A stretch of DNA of 64,000 nucleotides from NCBI GenBank assembly GCA_963715645.1, contig OY970259.1, positions 2,860 to 66,859 on the forward strand, given 5' to 3'. Of the stretch, positions 1 to 10,762 are shown in pieces (within the stretch, counting starts at the first letter, position 1; the number at the start of each line of letters is the position of its first letter). The stretch comes from an uncultured Thermoplasmata archaeon. Its GTDB lineage: Archaea; Thermoplasmatota; Thermoplasmata; Lutacidiplasmatales; UBA184. The notes beneath the pieces were generated by a model. The model worked only from the letters and a program-made list of their open reading frames with translations, was not told where the DNA came from and ran no database searches. The position numbers were made by a program, and so were the translations under genes.

Positions 1-157
1 GTCCCCCGGGTCTACCCGGGCTCTGGGCCCGCGTCAACGCCTTCCTCGACCTCCAAGCGCTCTCCGTGGCGAGCGTGGCGGGCGAGGAGTTCCGGAAGGT
101 TCCGCGGCCGCTGACCGGCCTCGCCGCCCGCCTCGAGCGGGAGCTGGAGGGCGACTG

Positions 158-654
158 ATGCCGACGAGGGACCGGGCTCCGAGGAGAGGTTCCGACCCCT
201 CCCGAGCGGCAAGATCCTCACCGACGACATCCAGCGCATGCAGGACGAGGCCATCGTGAACTGGAGCACCTACGATGACGAGCGTCCGTATCCGGTCCTG
301 AGCCAGGTCTGGCTCCGGACTGCGGGCGGCGGCCCGGGCCACGCTGCGGGAGTTTTCCGACGACCCCGCGGCCCGGAGCCGGTTGATGGACCGATGGGCG
401 GAGCTGGATGCCCGGTACGGGGACCCGCGAGCCCGCGCGCTGGGACCTCTCGTCGCTCGAGGCCGAGGAGCGCGAGGAGGCCATCATCGACTATCTGTAC
501 GACAGCGGGCTCCTCGGGCTCCGCGAGGCCGACAACAACGCGCCGCACCGCTACCTCTCGCCGAGCGGGAGCAGGAGGGAGACCGTCGATGCCTCTGCGC
601 TCGGACGAGGCCGGGTCGCTCCGTCCTGGAGAACTTCCGAGCTGGCCCCGGTGA
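158..654 (+). CDS. hypothetical protein (high-GC flank), frame interrupted as assembled
   Basis: ATG 158 overlaps a preceding stop (TGATG, 156-160). Protein-like stretches (IQRMQDEAIVNWSTYDDERPYPVL; LMDRWAELDARYGDP; DLSSLEAEEREEAIIDYLYDSGLLGL) lie in three different + frames (ORFs 238-654, 383-1867, 408-896). No family recognised. Confidence 0.3.
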
Positions 655-1250
655 GTGGCGGACGACCTGCGGGAGTCGCGAGGCCAGGACGAGGTCCGTC
701 CCGAGCGCCGCGAGGAGCTCGACGCTACCGGGCGTGGCTGGGCACCCTGCCCGAGAAACACGACCGGCGCAATGTGCGAGGAGGAAGCGCTCATCCGGAA
801 GTGGCCCGGGCAGATCTCTGCTTCCACACCGGCCAGGCGACCGTCTTCGTGGCCGCGGCAGGGCGCCGGGCAAGACCAACACCCTCGCCTACCTGATCGA
901 GAAGGCCATCGAGAACCGGCCGGAGTGGGACGTCTACACGAACATCCCGTTCCCGTGGGACGGGGCGGCTGGCGGGAAGCGATCCCCGCTCCCGCCGCGC
1001 CTCCACCCGGTCCCAGTCTCACCGAGGTGCTCCGGGGCATCGCCGAGCACGATCCTCGGCGGAGCGGGTCCCGGCCATCGTCATCGACGAGATGGACCAG
1101 GCTGTCGCACCAGCCATGAATGGGCCAGCGGACCGGAGCGAGTCGTGGACGAAGTTCCTGTTCGTGGAGCGGCACTTCCGGGTCCGGGGCCCGCTCCTCG
1201 CCTACCACGTCTACGAGCACGTGCCCACTCCCGCTCCGCCGGGTCGGTGA
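655..1250 (+). CDS. P-loop NTPase (plasmid/virus type; Zot- or terminase-like is only a guess), frame interrupted
   Basis: Walker A-like APGKTNTLAYLIEKAI (GKTNTL codons 869-886, frame of ORF 383-1867) is preceded in another frame by TVFVAAAG. Walker B-like AIVIDEMDQ (1074-1100) lies in the third frame, which stops at TGA 1248-1250. Boundaries are approximate; the gene may continue into the protein-like stretch 1350-1640. Confidence 0.4.
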
Positions 1251-1857
1251 CTTCCGGGGCAGTTACTTCCGGGTCGTCGTGCTCGGGCGGAGAGCGGCTC
1301 CTCGCCCGGCGTCGAGGACACCTCGGCTTGGTGGGGCGTCCGGGAGAGCGTGCTGCCCTACCTCACCCTCGGGCTGCGGGGTTCGAGCCTCGACGTCGAC
1401 ATGGCGGACCTGGAGCGACACCTCGACGGCGACCGGAAGGAGGTCGCCCGGCAGATGCTGGCGTACCTCGACGAATCGAAGGACGCCGCGAGGCGGAGAA
1501 GCGCAGACCTCGCCAGCGGGCTGAGCGAAGCCGAGACCGCAAGCGCGGAGCGAGTGGACAAGGTCGAACGTCGCGTCGCGAACCGCCGAAGCCCGAGGGG
1601 TCGAAAGACGCCGAAATCATGCGTCGCCCTCGGCGAGCGGCCGAAGCCACCAACGCCGAGCTGGGCGCGGTACCAGCACGAACGTCAGCGGGCCACCTCC
1701 AGAAGCTGCGCGCAGCGGGTCGCCGCCGAGCGGGCCATGCTACGGCCGTCGCTCTCAGTGGGAGGTCGAGGCATGATGCCGCGCGAGCTCTCCGCGCGCG
1801 CGCGAGGATGGCCCGGGCCGGCTCCCGCGGGGGAATGGGCCCGATCCGCACGAACAG

Positions 1858-2491
1858 GTGGGGATGATCGACCTCGTTCCGACCTCGGAGGCCTTCCTGA
1901 CCTCCTTCGTGCTGGTCGCCCCCTTCGTGATGTTCCTACGACCGCGCTTCCTGAGCCTCGCCGGAGGGGCCACCTTTGTGGCCCTCGCGGCCCTCCTGGT
2001 CGAGGTCCTGGTCCAGAACGCCCTCCAGCCCCTCTACGCGGCCGCGGTCGTCCTCGTCTTCGTGGCGCCGCTGACCGAGGAGCTACTCAAGTTCCTCGAC
2101 TCCGGCCTCACCGGGGCGAACTACGCCTCCGCCGCCGGGTGCGGGGATCGGCTTCGCGGCGACCGAGAATGCGCTCTACTTCCTCGTCGCGTGGGGGGAG
2201 CCCCTCTCCTACCTCGTGGCCCTGATCGCCGTCCGAGCGGCCACGGACCCGCTGCTCCACGTAACGGCGACGACCCTCACCACCCTCTCCTGGCACGGCC
2301 GCCCATGGGGACTGCCTGCCGGCATCGCCCTTCACGCCCTCTGGAACGCCGTTGCGCTGATCGAGGTCGTCATCGACCCGACGGTCGGCCTCCTCCTGCT
2401 GGGCGCGGCCGGGTTCGCGGTTCTCGGGATCCTTCTCTTGCTCCGGCGCAGCCCGGACGTCCGGGACACGCTGACGACCGCTGGAGGATGA
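1858..2491 (+). CDS. PrsW-family intramembrane protease, one frame change near 2135-2150
   Basis: ORF 1858-2532 has TM helices and VAPLTEELLKF (E-E-x-x-K). The frame of ORF 2216-2491 then gives GIGFAATENALYF and IALHALWNAV. These three motifs in this order are the PrsW signature. Confidence 0.6.
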
Positions 2492-2541
2492 ACCCGTGGT
2501 CGGGGTCGCTGCTGCCGGCGGGAGCGGCATGAGGTAGAAAC

Positions 2542-3582
2542 ATGGCCGAGGAGAAGTGGTCGAGCCACGTGGGGCACCTCGAGGAGGGCGGGCTCCACGG
2601 CTGGTGCGCGAGTTGCCCTCCGGAGGAACGACACCGGGCCATCGAGCGGACGGTCCGGGCCGACGGCTACGCGACCGCGACGCGGCGGCTGAACTTCCTC
2701 GCGAACGTGGCGAACCGACGCGACAACGAGCACCTGCATCGGGTCGCGCGCGAGGATCTCGAGTGGGCCGAGCGGTGGGAGAAGGAGACGCGCGAGGACG
2801 AGGACCGCCGTCGGGAACGGGGCGAGTTCCACCGGGTGGAGGGTATCGGAAGGAGGACGGGGATCGGGTCCGGCCGCACCTCGCGCGGAATCCCCGGAGG
2901 CGCTGATGGTGGACGAAGAGATCGAAATCACCGAGGACGGCCGTCGCGAGCTCCCGGACGGGACCGTGGAGGTGAGGGGGCACTGGGTCGCACGGGCCCC
3001 GGGCGGGAAGGCCTATCGACGGGCCCATCGGAGGCGGAGGCGCCGATGACCGTCCGCTCCGGGCCGGACGCCTGGGCCGTGCTCCGGCTAAGGTCGGAGG
3101 CTTCCCTCCTGAGGCACCGGAAGACCCAGGTGCAGGACTACGGGTACTCCCCCACGAGCTGGCCTCGCTGTCGGACGCGGCCTCTGCCGCGGACCGGATG
3201 GCCGCCGCGATCGAGGCCGGGAACGCGCGGTCCCTCCGGCGAGAACCGAACCGAGTTCGACAAGTTCATCGACTACGCCGGGTCGGCCTCGCCCTACGGC
3301 GGGAAGCCGGGGACGACTCCGGTCGACGAGATCGCGGCCGACTGGGAGGCGGGCCGGGAGAAGGAGACCGACGAGGAGGAAGACCGGAGGCGTGAGTCCG
3401 GCGGGCGGCACCCCGTCCGCGGCCACCCGATGGAGGTCGACGGAAAGCGGGTCCACGTCCGGCCCGCCTCGCCCGGAACCCACGGGGACGTCGATGAGCG
3501 TCCCCGAGAAGCGCTCGCGTGGGTTGCCCGGTGGCATACCAGCGGGGAGGGCCTGAGCCGCGGGGATCGCGCTCGAAGGTGA
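2542..3582 (+). CDS. hypothetical protein with an internal ~30-aa repeat
   Basis: ATG 2542. The N-terminal ~100 aa look protein-like (HLEEGGLHGWCASCPPEERHRAIERTVRADGYATATRRLNFLANVANRRDNEHLH). The central part is Arg/Gly-rich and may be out of frame. The repeat is described in findings. Confidence 0.35.
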   Translation: MAEEKWSSHVGHLEEGGLHGWCASCPPEERHRAIERTVRADGYATATRRLNFLANVANRRDNEHLHRVAREDLEWAERWEKETREDEDRRRERGEFHRVEGIGRRTGIGSGRTSRGIPGGADGGRRDRNHRGRPSRAPGRDRGGEGALGRTGPGREGLSTGPSEAEAPMTVRSGPDAWAVLRLRSEASLLRHRKTQVQDYGYSPTSWPRCRTRPLPRTGWPPRSRPGTRGPSGENRTEFDKFIDYAGSASPYGGKPGTTPVDEIAADWEAGREKETDEEEDRRRESGGRHPVRGHPMEVDGKRVHVRPASPGTHGDVDERPREALAWVARWHTSGEGLSRGDRARR

Positions 3583-3629
3583 TCGGGGACTCTTCCGAAT
3601 GGAGGGCGACCGTTGAAGGCGGGCGGACG

Positions 3630-4331
3630 ATGACCGGTGGGACCACGGCGCTCTACGTGCGAGTGAGCTCGGAGGAGCAAGACCTCGTCGGACAGGAACG
3701 AGAGTTGCGCGGCTACGCCGAGGCCAGGAACTGGACGGTCGTCGGCAGCTACGCCGAGAAGGTCACGGGGACCGGGAAGGTCGAGCGCAAGGCGTACGAA
3801 CGTCTCCTGCGGGACGCGGAGGAACGGAGGTTCGATCACTTGGTGGTGTGGGCGCTGGACCGGTTCAGTCGGGAGGAGACGTTCACGAGGGCCACGCAAG
3901 CGATCCTCGACCTGGAGGGACTCGGTATCCGGTTTCACTCGCTCAAGGAACCGATGTTGGACACCCCCGAGGACGGCCAGCCGAACCTCGGAAGAGACGT
4001 TCTGCTCGCCCTGCTTCCGGTCATTGCGAGCTTCGAGTCGAAGCGTCGGTCGGAACGCGTCCGTGTGGCGATGCGGGAGATCAAGGAGGGGCGACGGCGG
4101 ACGCGCAGCGGGCGGCCGCCGGGTCGGCCCGTCCGGGCGACGCCCGAGAAGGTGTCGGCGATCGTTCGCCTGAAGGCCCAGGGGCTGACGTGGAGGGTCA
4201 TCGCCCAGCGAGTCGGGCTGCCGAGGGGGACCTGCGCCAACGTCGCGTCCCGGGTCCGGAGGGGGCGGTTACACAACTCGCTCACTACAAAAGGGTCTGC
4301 CGGGCCTTCGACGGACCCGGCCCCTACGTAA
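3630..4331 (+). CDS. small serine recombinase (resolvase/invertase family)
   Basis: ATG 3630 within ORF 3519-4331. Motifs: ALYVRVSSEEQ (catalytic Ser), VVWALDRFSRE, and a C-terminal HTH GLTWRVIAQRVGLPRGTCANV. Transcribed towards the low-GC island. Confidence 0.9.
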   Translation: MTGGTTALYVRVSSEEQDLVGQERELRGYAEARNWTVVGSYAEKVTGTGKVERKAYERLLRDAEERRFDHLVVWALDRFSREETFTRATQAILDLEGLGIRFHSLKEPMLDTPEDGQPNLGRDVLLALLPVIASFESKRRSERVRVAMREIKEGRRRTRSGRPPGRPVRATPEKVSAIVRLKAQGLTWRVIAQRVGLPRGTCANVASRVRRGRLHNSLTTKGSAGPSTDPAPT

Positions 4332-4379
4332 AGTGCCCGTTTCCGGCGACCCGACGCAGGTAGTCACGGAGAAAAGAAC

Positions 4380-6908
4380 TTGGACCAACCTTCAAGTCGC
4401 CTCGGGTGCGTGGGGGGAGAAGGGGGTCCAACCCATCACCGCGAACAGTCAAACGGTGGAGCCACAGGCGCAGCAGCTACTCCTCGACATCCAGCAGTTC
4501 GATACCTGAACGCAGATCGGGATTACGTGCTTGCATCGCTCTGGAGCGCGATAAAGAGAATCGAAGAGACATTTCCGCGCTTCGGACACTTTCTGATGGA
4601 ATTCATCCAGAACGCGGACGACGCGGGAGCATCCCGGATTCTTATTGAGATTCTTGCCGACCGCATTCTCATCCTAAACAATGGGACCGAGTTCGCCGCC
4701 AAAGATGTGGCAAGTCTATGCAAGGTCGGCCTCTCATCCAAGAGATCGGGGGACTACATTGGGTACCTCGGAGTAGGGTTCAAGTCCGTATTTCTGATCT
4801 CCGATAAGGTCGCCGTGACCTCGGGGGAGTACAGGCTTCAGCTTCGACAAATCACAGGCGGAGTCCTCCTGGGGCTCTAGCGTTCCTTGGCAAGTGATTC
4901 CCATATCGGCGGAGCGTATAGCAGACGTCAATGGTGACTGGCGATCTGGATTCTCAATCTCTCTTGCCCCAGCCTCCGAGCCGGTGGTTTCCAGAATCAG
5001 TCAAGAAGCCGGCCCCGAAGAGTTCCGCACCCGTACTTTGCTCTTCTTACGTCACGTGAATGAAATCGAGATCGTAAATCACACAACTTCCCCAGGGCGA
5101 CGTATCCTCTCGAAGCATCTCGCTGAGAAGGCAACAGTCCATGAAGTCTGGGAACTTTCAGACACACGCGACGGAAGCACTCTGGTAGACGCGCGATTTC
5201 TGTTGTTCAGGCGAACCGTCTGCGTGCCCGACGAGGTCCGAGCAGACGAAATGACGGTGAGGTTCGACCGCACGGACGCGGTATCCAGGGAGGTGGTTGT
5301 TGCCTTCCGCTTGGCTCAGACAGGCGAATTGTTGGCCGAACCCAAAGGCACTTTGCACCTCGCAGTTTTCAGTTTCCTTCCGATTCGAGATGTAGTGACC
5401 GGCCTCCAATTCACGATTCAGGGCGACTTCCTCACCGGACCCGGTCGCTCGAGCATCCAGTACGATGCGACTTGGAACCACTGGCTCGCCGATGAGATAC
5501 TCAGATTGATTCGCGAAGTCTGTGTGCCCACATTCTTGGGGAATCCGTTGTGGGCTGCTACGTTTGCACCGCTACTCGATGCAGGTCATTCAATGGACCC
5601 AATCTTCGGCTTGAGAATCGCGCAGCCGTTGCGAACGGCGCTCCAAAGGGACGCGTGGTATCTGACCGAGGGGGGAGACAAGATATCCTTGGATCGGGCC
5701 ATATTGATCGCATCCCCCTACCGGTCGCTACTCACTGACGGAGACCTTGCAGAGCTAACCCTGATAGGAAGACTACTCGATTCGGTTGTAAAGCTTCCGC
5801 CCGGCCTCTCGTACGCGGCAATAAGCATTCAGAATGATTCTAGGTACTGGGACCACTTTCGAAGCTCGCCCCATCTAAGGCCAGCGCGAAGAACCAAGCT
5901 TGGTTCGAGTCAAACTATCGGCGACAGCCCGGACCGCCCAACGGAATTGATGGGTTCGGGCCGGGTACCTGACTGACGACTTCCAGCTTGTGAATCACAG
6001 GAGTGTCTATCGACTTCCTACAGGGACCAGCATTCCCGGCGTCGCTGCGCGATGTTGTAAGGATTGCTCACCCTGTTCTCACGGGAAGCCCATGGGGAGA
6101 ATCAATCTCGGAACTCAATGACCAAGGTATTAGGGACCTCCTTTCCCTCAAACGACTTCCGGAGCTACAGGCAGAATGGCCGAGACTCGCCCCAGCCGCG
6201 CGAACGATGACGCTGCATGAACTCTTCAACATGTGGCGCGCAGGTCAAGTATATCCTCCAGCCCTAAGAGTTCCTGACTTTCCGGGAAGGGACGGTGAGT
6301 GGATCCCAGCCAACCGACTCCTACTCTCTATGGAGTATGGCCCCACTCACCATCTCGACGAGCTCGAGCAGAGGAAGCTGTTCGACCTGCATTTCACGAC
6401 AGGTCTGGCGTTCCTCGATCCGGTGCTCGTGAGCTCGTCGACAAATCAGGACCTCCCAGACTGGCGCGATTTCTTGACTGGACTGGGAGTAGATCGAGAA
6501 TTGAACGATCACCCCGAACGATTCTCTCAACGCATTGGGGTCATGTGCGCTCTTCGGCACGAACGAAATCGTGGGCGAACTCCGGCCGAGTTAGAGGAGA
6601 GCGCCAAACGAGGGTACGACATCGAATCCACGTCCGCCGACGGAACGATGCTGTATATCGAGGCAAAGGGTAGCAAGGACCAGAAACCAGATGTCCGGCT
6701 CACGGTGAACGAATTCAGGGCGCTCAAGATTAAAGGTGATTCATACCACGTTTACATCGCTCGCGAATGCATGGACCTCCCCCGAACTCTACATTCTTGG
6801 AGGGGAGAGATTGACCGACCCGACATTGGAGTATTCTGTGTCGATTGCCGGTACGCACAGTGGATCCAGCTCAAAGAGGGGCCTGTTACATTTCCGAATG
6901 CCGAGTGA
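4380..6908 (+). CDS. sacsin/HSP90-like GHKL ATPase fused to a DUF3883-type PD-(D/E)xK domain; interrupted (ORFs 4380-4880, 4894-5976, 6003-6908)
   Basis: N-terminal Bergerat-fold motifs FLMEFIQNADDAGA and GYLGVGFKSVF. The C-terminal motif is RGYDIES..LYIEAKGSK (D..ExK). The first frame switch lies between 4819 and 4836 (G5 run at 4823-4827; one G fewer gives ..TSGSTGFSFDKSQAESSWGSSVPWQVIPI). Further switches lie around 5870-6000. Confidence 0.75.
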
Positions 6909-7332
6909 ACATCGTACCTCATTACGATCGCTATGGCTCGCAATGGAGGAAAGGGAGTCCGAACGAGCGGACTTCCCGCCCGGTATGACCTCGTGGGTAG
7001 TTTGCCCCGCTAGCGGTGCTGGAAATTCGTTGAGTGACTTCACAGGACTTGGCATCCAACGCCTTCACACAAAGGACCGATTCTCTGGTGAGGGATATGA
7101 GGAGGGGGAGTGGAAAGTAGATCACGCAGATCCGAGGTTGCAAGGTGGCCCCACCGAACTTGAATACCTCGTACAGGCATGCAGAAGATGCAATCGTCAA
7201 GAGAGCGCCTCGGAAGAAAGAGAGTTCCGGGAGGAGTTTGAGACTGATGGCACTGTATCTCGAATGCTCGAGTCCATTGGCCTTTCACCGGAACGATTTA
7301 GCCTGCCTCCAGAGAAGCACCGGAACGGCTAA
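6898..7332 (+). CDS. small HNH endonuclease
   Basis: WKVDHADPRLQGGPTELEYLVQACRRCNRQE (D-H ... N ... CxxCN). ATG 6898 overlaps the upstream stop (TGA 6906-6908). ATG 6943 is an alternative start. Confidence 0.7.
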   Translation: MPSEHRTSLRSLWLAMEERESERADFPPGMTSWVVCPASGAGNSLSDFTGLGIQRLHTKDRFSGEGYEEGEWKVDHADPRLQGGPTELEYLVQACRRCNRQESASEEREFREEFETDGTVSRMLESIGLSPERFSLPPEKHRNG

Positions 7333-7432
7333 TCGGCGCGCCAATTGCTCAGGCGCTTTCCCTCACGATTTCGATAAGTGGCTGAGACAACACGTGTCCA
7401 AGCCTGAGACAACCTGAAATCGCCCCTGGGAG

Positions 7433-8083
7433 TTGCATCCGTCCGTGGTCGATCTGGCTGATTGGCTGATAGTAGGGTCCATCGTCGCTGGGTTTGCCGG
7501 CCTAATCATCACCTACCTCTTCAATGAACGATTGAATCGCCGTGCCTTCCGCCGAGAAAAACTCTACGAATTGAAACTTGAGACTTACCTCGACCTTCTC
7601 GGCTCGCTCAATATCACGCTTTCAGCGACCGGAGCATTGTGCGATCTAGCGGTTCGAGAGATTCTTAAACAACTTAGGAGAAAATCGGAGGAATCTAATT
7701 CCCCGAGCGTCCCGCCCGACCAATTGTTGCAAGCGCTCAGAAAACAACAATGGGAGGCCTTGGGATTCGTCGAACCCGCCACACCGCCGGTTGATTACAG
7801 TAAACCGCTCGTCCCATATTTCGCAGTAACGACTCTGGCCACAAGACAATCCAGCCGAGCCTATTTGCGATTGCTCCTCCTCGACTTTCCCGACCCCTTG
7901 CTACGGCCGATGATGGACTACTTCGAGAAAATGAAGCAAATCGGCGCATCTGGCGGGTTGCCTCTACCACCAATGTCGGACGAACAGGCCGAACGTGCCC
8001 AGCGCGACTTGGATGAGTTGGGATTAGAGTTTCGCAACCTCGCCGAATCGTGTCACAAGGATTTGCTTAAGACGATGGAGTAG
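7433..8083 (+). CDS. hypothetical membrane-anchored protein (one N-terminal TM helix, helical cytoplasmic part)
   Basis: Intact 216-aa ORF with a TTG start. TM helix is LADWLIVGSIVAGFAGLIITYLF. No family recognised. Confidence 0.55.
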   Translation: MHPSVVDLADWLIVGSIVAGFAGLIITYLFNERLNRRAFRREKLYELKLETYLDLLGSLNITLSATGALCDLAVREILKQLRRKSEESNSPSVPPDQLLQALRKQQWEALGFVEPATPPVDYSKPLVPYFAVTTLATRQSSRAYLRLLLLDFPDPLLRPMMDYFEKMKQIGASGGLPLPPMSDEQAERAQRDLDELGLEFRNLAESCHKDLLKTME

Positions 8084-8315
8084 CGGGCGCTCCTTCTGGA
8101 TATAGACATTCATGAAGAGTAAGAACGGGCTCGGCTTCGTGTCCCTGCCAAATTGACAAGAAGGTTTGGGTCTGCAAAGCCCTCAATGCCAAACGGTTGG
8201 GTAGGCTTCCACCGGAGCGGCCCGTCACGGAAGGTGCTGCTTACGAGCCCACGATGAGCTCCAGAGTCTCACGAACACACACGCCCAAGAGTCTCCTTCA
8301 TTGGGTCGCCTTTTC

Positions 8316-10354
8316 TTACGGGGACGGGGGAGCAGCCGGCCTGACGAAACCGGTAAGTTGGGTCCACATTGCCATTATGGATGCAGGGGGCGGGGAGTTC
8401 AAGGCGACCTCGCGCGCGACCGCGGGAGCCCTTAATCCGTTCCTTGACCTGACCTCGCGAAGGGCGGCTTCCAACACTAGCGGGGCGCACTCCTTCTCCA
8501 GAAGCTCCGAGAAATCGTCGTACGGGTAGAGGTGGGCGCTTGAGGCATACTCGGCCACCGCCTCCTTCGCCTTTTGGTCCGCTATGATCCTAAACGGAAT
8601 CCCCCACGCTGTCAGAACGCGCACGAACCCGTCGAAGCTCTGCTGACCACCAGCGTCAATGACCTCCACGCCACTGCGCGCCAAGTCAACGCCGTCGGAG
8701 AGTACTCGAAACCACTCTGGTAGGGCAGCGGCCTCCGATCCACCCTCGACAAGTAGGACCTTTTCGCTGAAGAGGGCGCGCGTCAACTGAGGAGTCCGCT
8801 CCAGGTCGCGGATCACTCGCCGAGAGTCACTTTCGATGAGTGTCCCTAAGCGAAAGACTTGGGTCTCTCCAGTAGCCGACGAGAAGCGCAGGAGGCTGAG
8901 CGCCTCCCGTGGAATCACAAAGGCGTCCGAGTGACTGACTATGAAGACTTGATTCCCCAAGGTAGTAGCGGCCTCGGAAATCAAGCTCAGAAGGTCGCGC
9001 TGTTTGACCGGGTGAAGATTTAGCGCGGGCTCGTCCAAGAGAATTACCGATTGTGTTCGGCCGAGGACGAGAAGGAAGGGAAGAAGGAGTTCAAGCAAAC
9101 CGGCAGCGACGGCCTCCGAGGAGAATTCGATCCACTCGTTACTCCAGCGCAGAGAAGCGACTTGGACCGGGTCGGGCATCGGCGATGATCGCGTGACGAC
9201 CTTGCCGTCCAAGACGAAAAGAGGTAAAGGCCCGCTCTCGGGCTGAGCAGGCCAGGACTCCACGACCACGTCGATGCCGTGCCCGGTGAATCTTCGGTAG
9301 ACCTCAACGAGTTCCTCAAAACGGGCACGCTCGGCCGGGATGACGCTGTTCTTCGAGCCGGTACGAGTACGTTCGGAACCGTGCTGCCGTCCACCGGACT
9401 CGCGGCGATTGGGATTGAGTAGATGGGCGGGATCTTCGTGCGCTCGGGCGTCGAGCGCGCGTCAGAGAGTCGAACCGTGGAGGACTGGAAAACCAACCCG
9501 GCAAGGTCCCGGAGCCCGAATCCCTCGGAGAGTGTATCCTGCGTCAGCAAGGAATGTCCTCAGGCGCAGAACGTCCAGGCCGAGCCGCCCGTCCGGTTTT
9601 CGTAGTTCTCTATCTCAAAGCCGAACGTGCTCAGGATGACGGGGTAGGGGCCCTTCGGCTGCATCTTAGTGAGGAACCAATCGAGGTTGAGCGATGAGGC
9701 GAACTCGTCGGAGTCCTTCTCATCGACGGGTTTCTGCTTGTCGCCAAGGGCGATGATGCCGGGTTGCCGGGCCTCCAACTCCTGAACGACCTCTTCCCCG
9801 AGGTTCACCAATCCCCATCCCATCGCGCGGGCAGAGGTGGTAGACAGTCCATTGGACGTCAGGAACAGAGGCGTCGGAAGCCCGAGCATCTCGACAAAGT
9901 AGTCGAGCGGATCCGACTGGTCCTCCCGCCCTCGCACACAGAACTGAAGCTTCCGAGAGAACAACTCGACAAAGGTTGGTCGTGCGCGGTTGAGAAGCTC
10001 GCGCGCAATCCGCTGGGCAACGTTAGTGTCCACATCGTTCTTGCCTCCGAACCTGAGATCTCCTTTAATCGAGGCAAGCAGGAGGTCGGCCAGAACCTCG
10101 ATCTCATCTCGGGCGAGAGAGATGTCTACTCTCACTGACGGAATCCGGGCCGTGTCGTAACGGTGGACGAACGGCTGAGCCGTCTTGATGCGTCCGGTGA
10201 ATACGTCCCCTACGAACTCAATGGCTCTAAGGAAATTCGTCTTGCCTGCTCCGTTCGGTCCGACGATGACCGTGCGCTGCGGGATTCCTTCGAGCAGAAT
10301 ACCAGGGTCCCCGAAGGTCAGGAAGTTTCGGGCCTCTACCCGCTCAATCTTCAT
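8316..10354 (-). pseudogene. OLD/PARIS-like ABC-type ATPase-TOPRIM nuclease, with an in-frame TGA and one frameshift as assembled
   Basis: ORF 9560-10354 has Walker A VIVGPNGAGKTNFLRAIEF. ORF 8316-9269 (open upstream to ~9365) has VILLDEPALNLHP, IVSHS, then TOPRIM-like KVLLVEGGSEAAALPEWF ... VIDAGGQQ. TGA 9560-9562 is in frame with the following GHSLLTQDTLSEGFGL (ORF 9044-9550). A frame change near 9355-9365 joins the rest. Confidence 0.75.
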
Positions 10355-10762
10355 TCCACGACCCTTCAGATGGGCCGAGGGAACTACTCGTCTAAGAAGG
10401 TTCGTTGAGCTGGCGCTCTGAAATGGTTCAGCGCAGAGGACGATCTTGAAAACGACTCGGACATGGACCCCCTCCCTCCGGACTTACCGCAATCGCCCAC
10501 TGGGACCTGTGGGGGGGCGTGACCGAATCGCTCAGTCCTCGGCCGCCCACCTATGCGAACGGGGCTCGGACCTAGTCCGGCTGAGAACCAGACCGAGCAC
10601 GGCGGCAGCGGCTCGGTCTCGAGTCGACCAACGCACTCTAGTAGAACGAGGCTCTTTGGTACGTTCATGACTATCAGACATAGGAGGGGTGGACAGCCCC
10701 TCGCTCGTCGAGCTCGCGTGCGCCGGGCGGAGGGACACGGTCCGTGTCGCACAGCACTCTAA

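Noticed and set aside
270-1220. Long ORFs overlapping or antisense to better-supported genes throughout the high-GC parts. Examples: 270-1220(-), 21916-23487(-), 44149-46287(-), 51376-52923(-), 53894-55657(-), 58326-61268(+), 24048-24620(+).
   Set aside because: Their translations are dominated by Arg/Pro/Gly/Ala runs with no motifs. They lie opposite genes with clear family signatures. This is the expected stop-codon-poor artefact of ~70% GC DNA.
4831-4840. A shared AGGCTTC context at two frameshift sites (4833-4839 in the sacsin-like gene and ~16972 in the GGCT-like gene), considered as a programmed-frameshift or methylation-linked error motif.
   Set aside because: There are only two occurrences. 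The first shift can equally be placed in the adjacent G5 run. Other shift sites do not share the motif.
9560-9562. In-frame TGA of the OLD-like gene as selenocysteine or programmed read-through.
   Set aside because: No SECIS-like structure or Sec-utilisation context is evident. The position is not a catalytic Cys site, and the window is full of other frame defects. A nonsense mutation or base-call error is more parsimonious.
10384-10752. ORF 10384-10752(-) and the other short ORFs in the 400-nt gap between the OLD-like gene and the methyltransferase.
   Set aside because: The translations are implausible and carry no motifs. The gap more likely holds the divergent promoters and the damaged 5' end of the methyltransferase gene.
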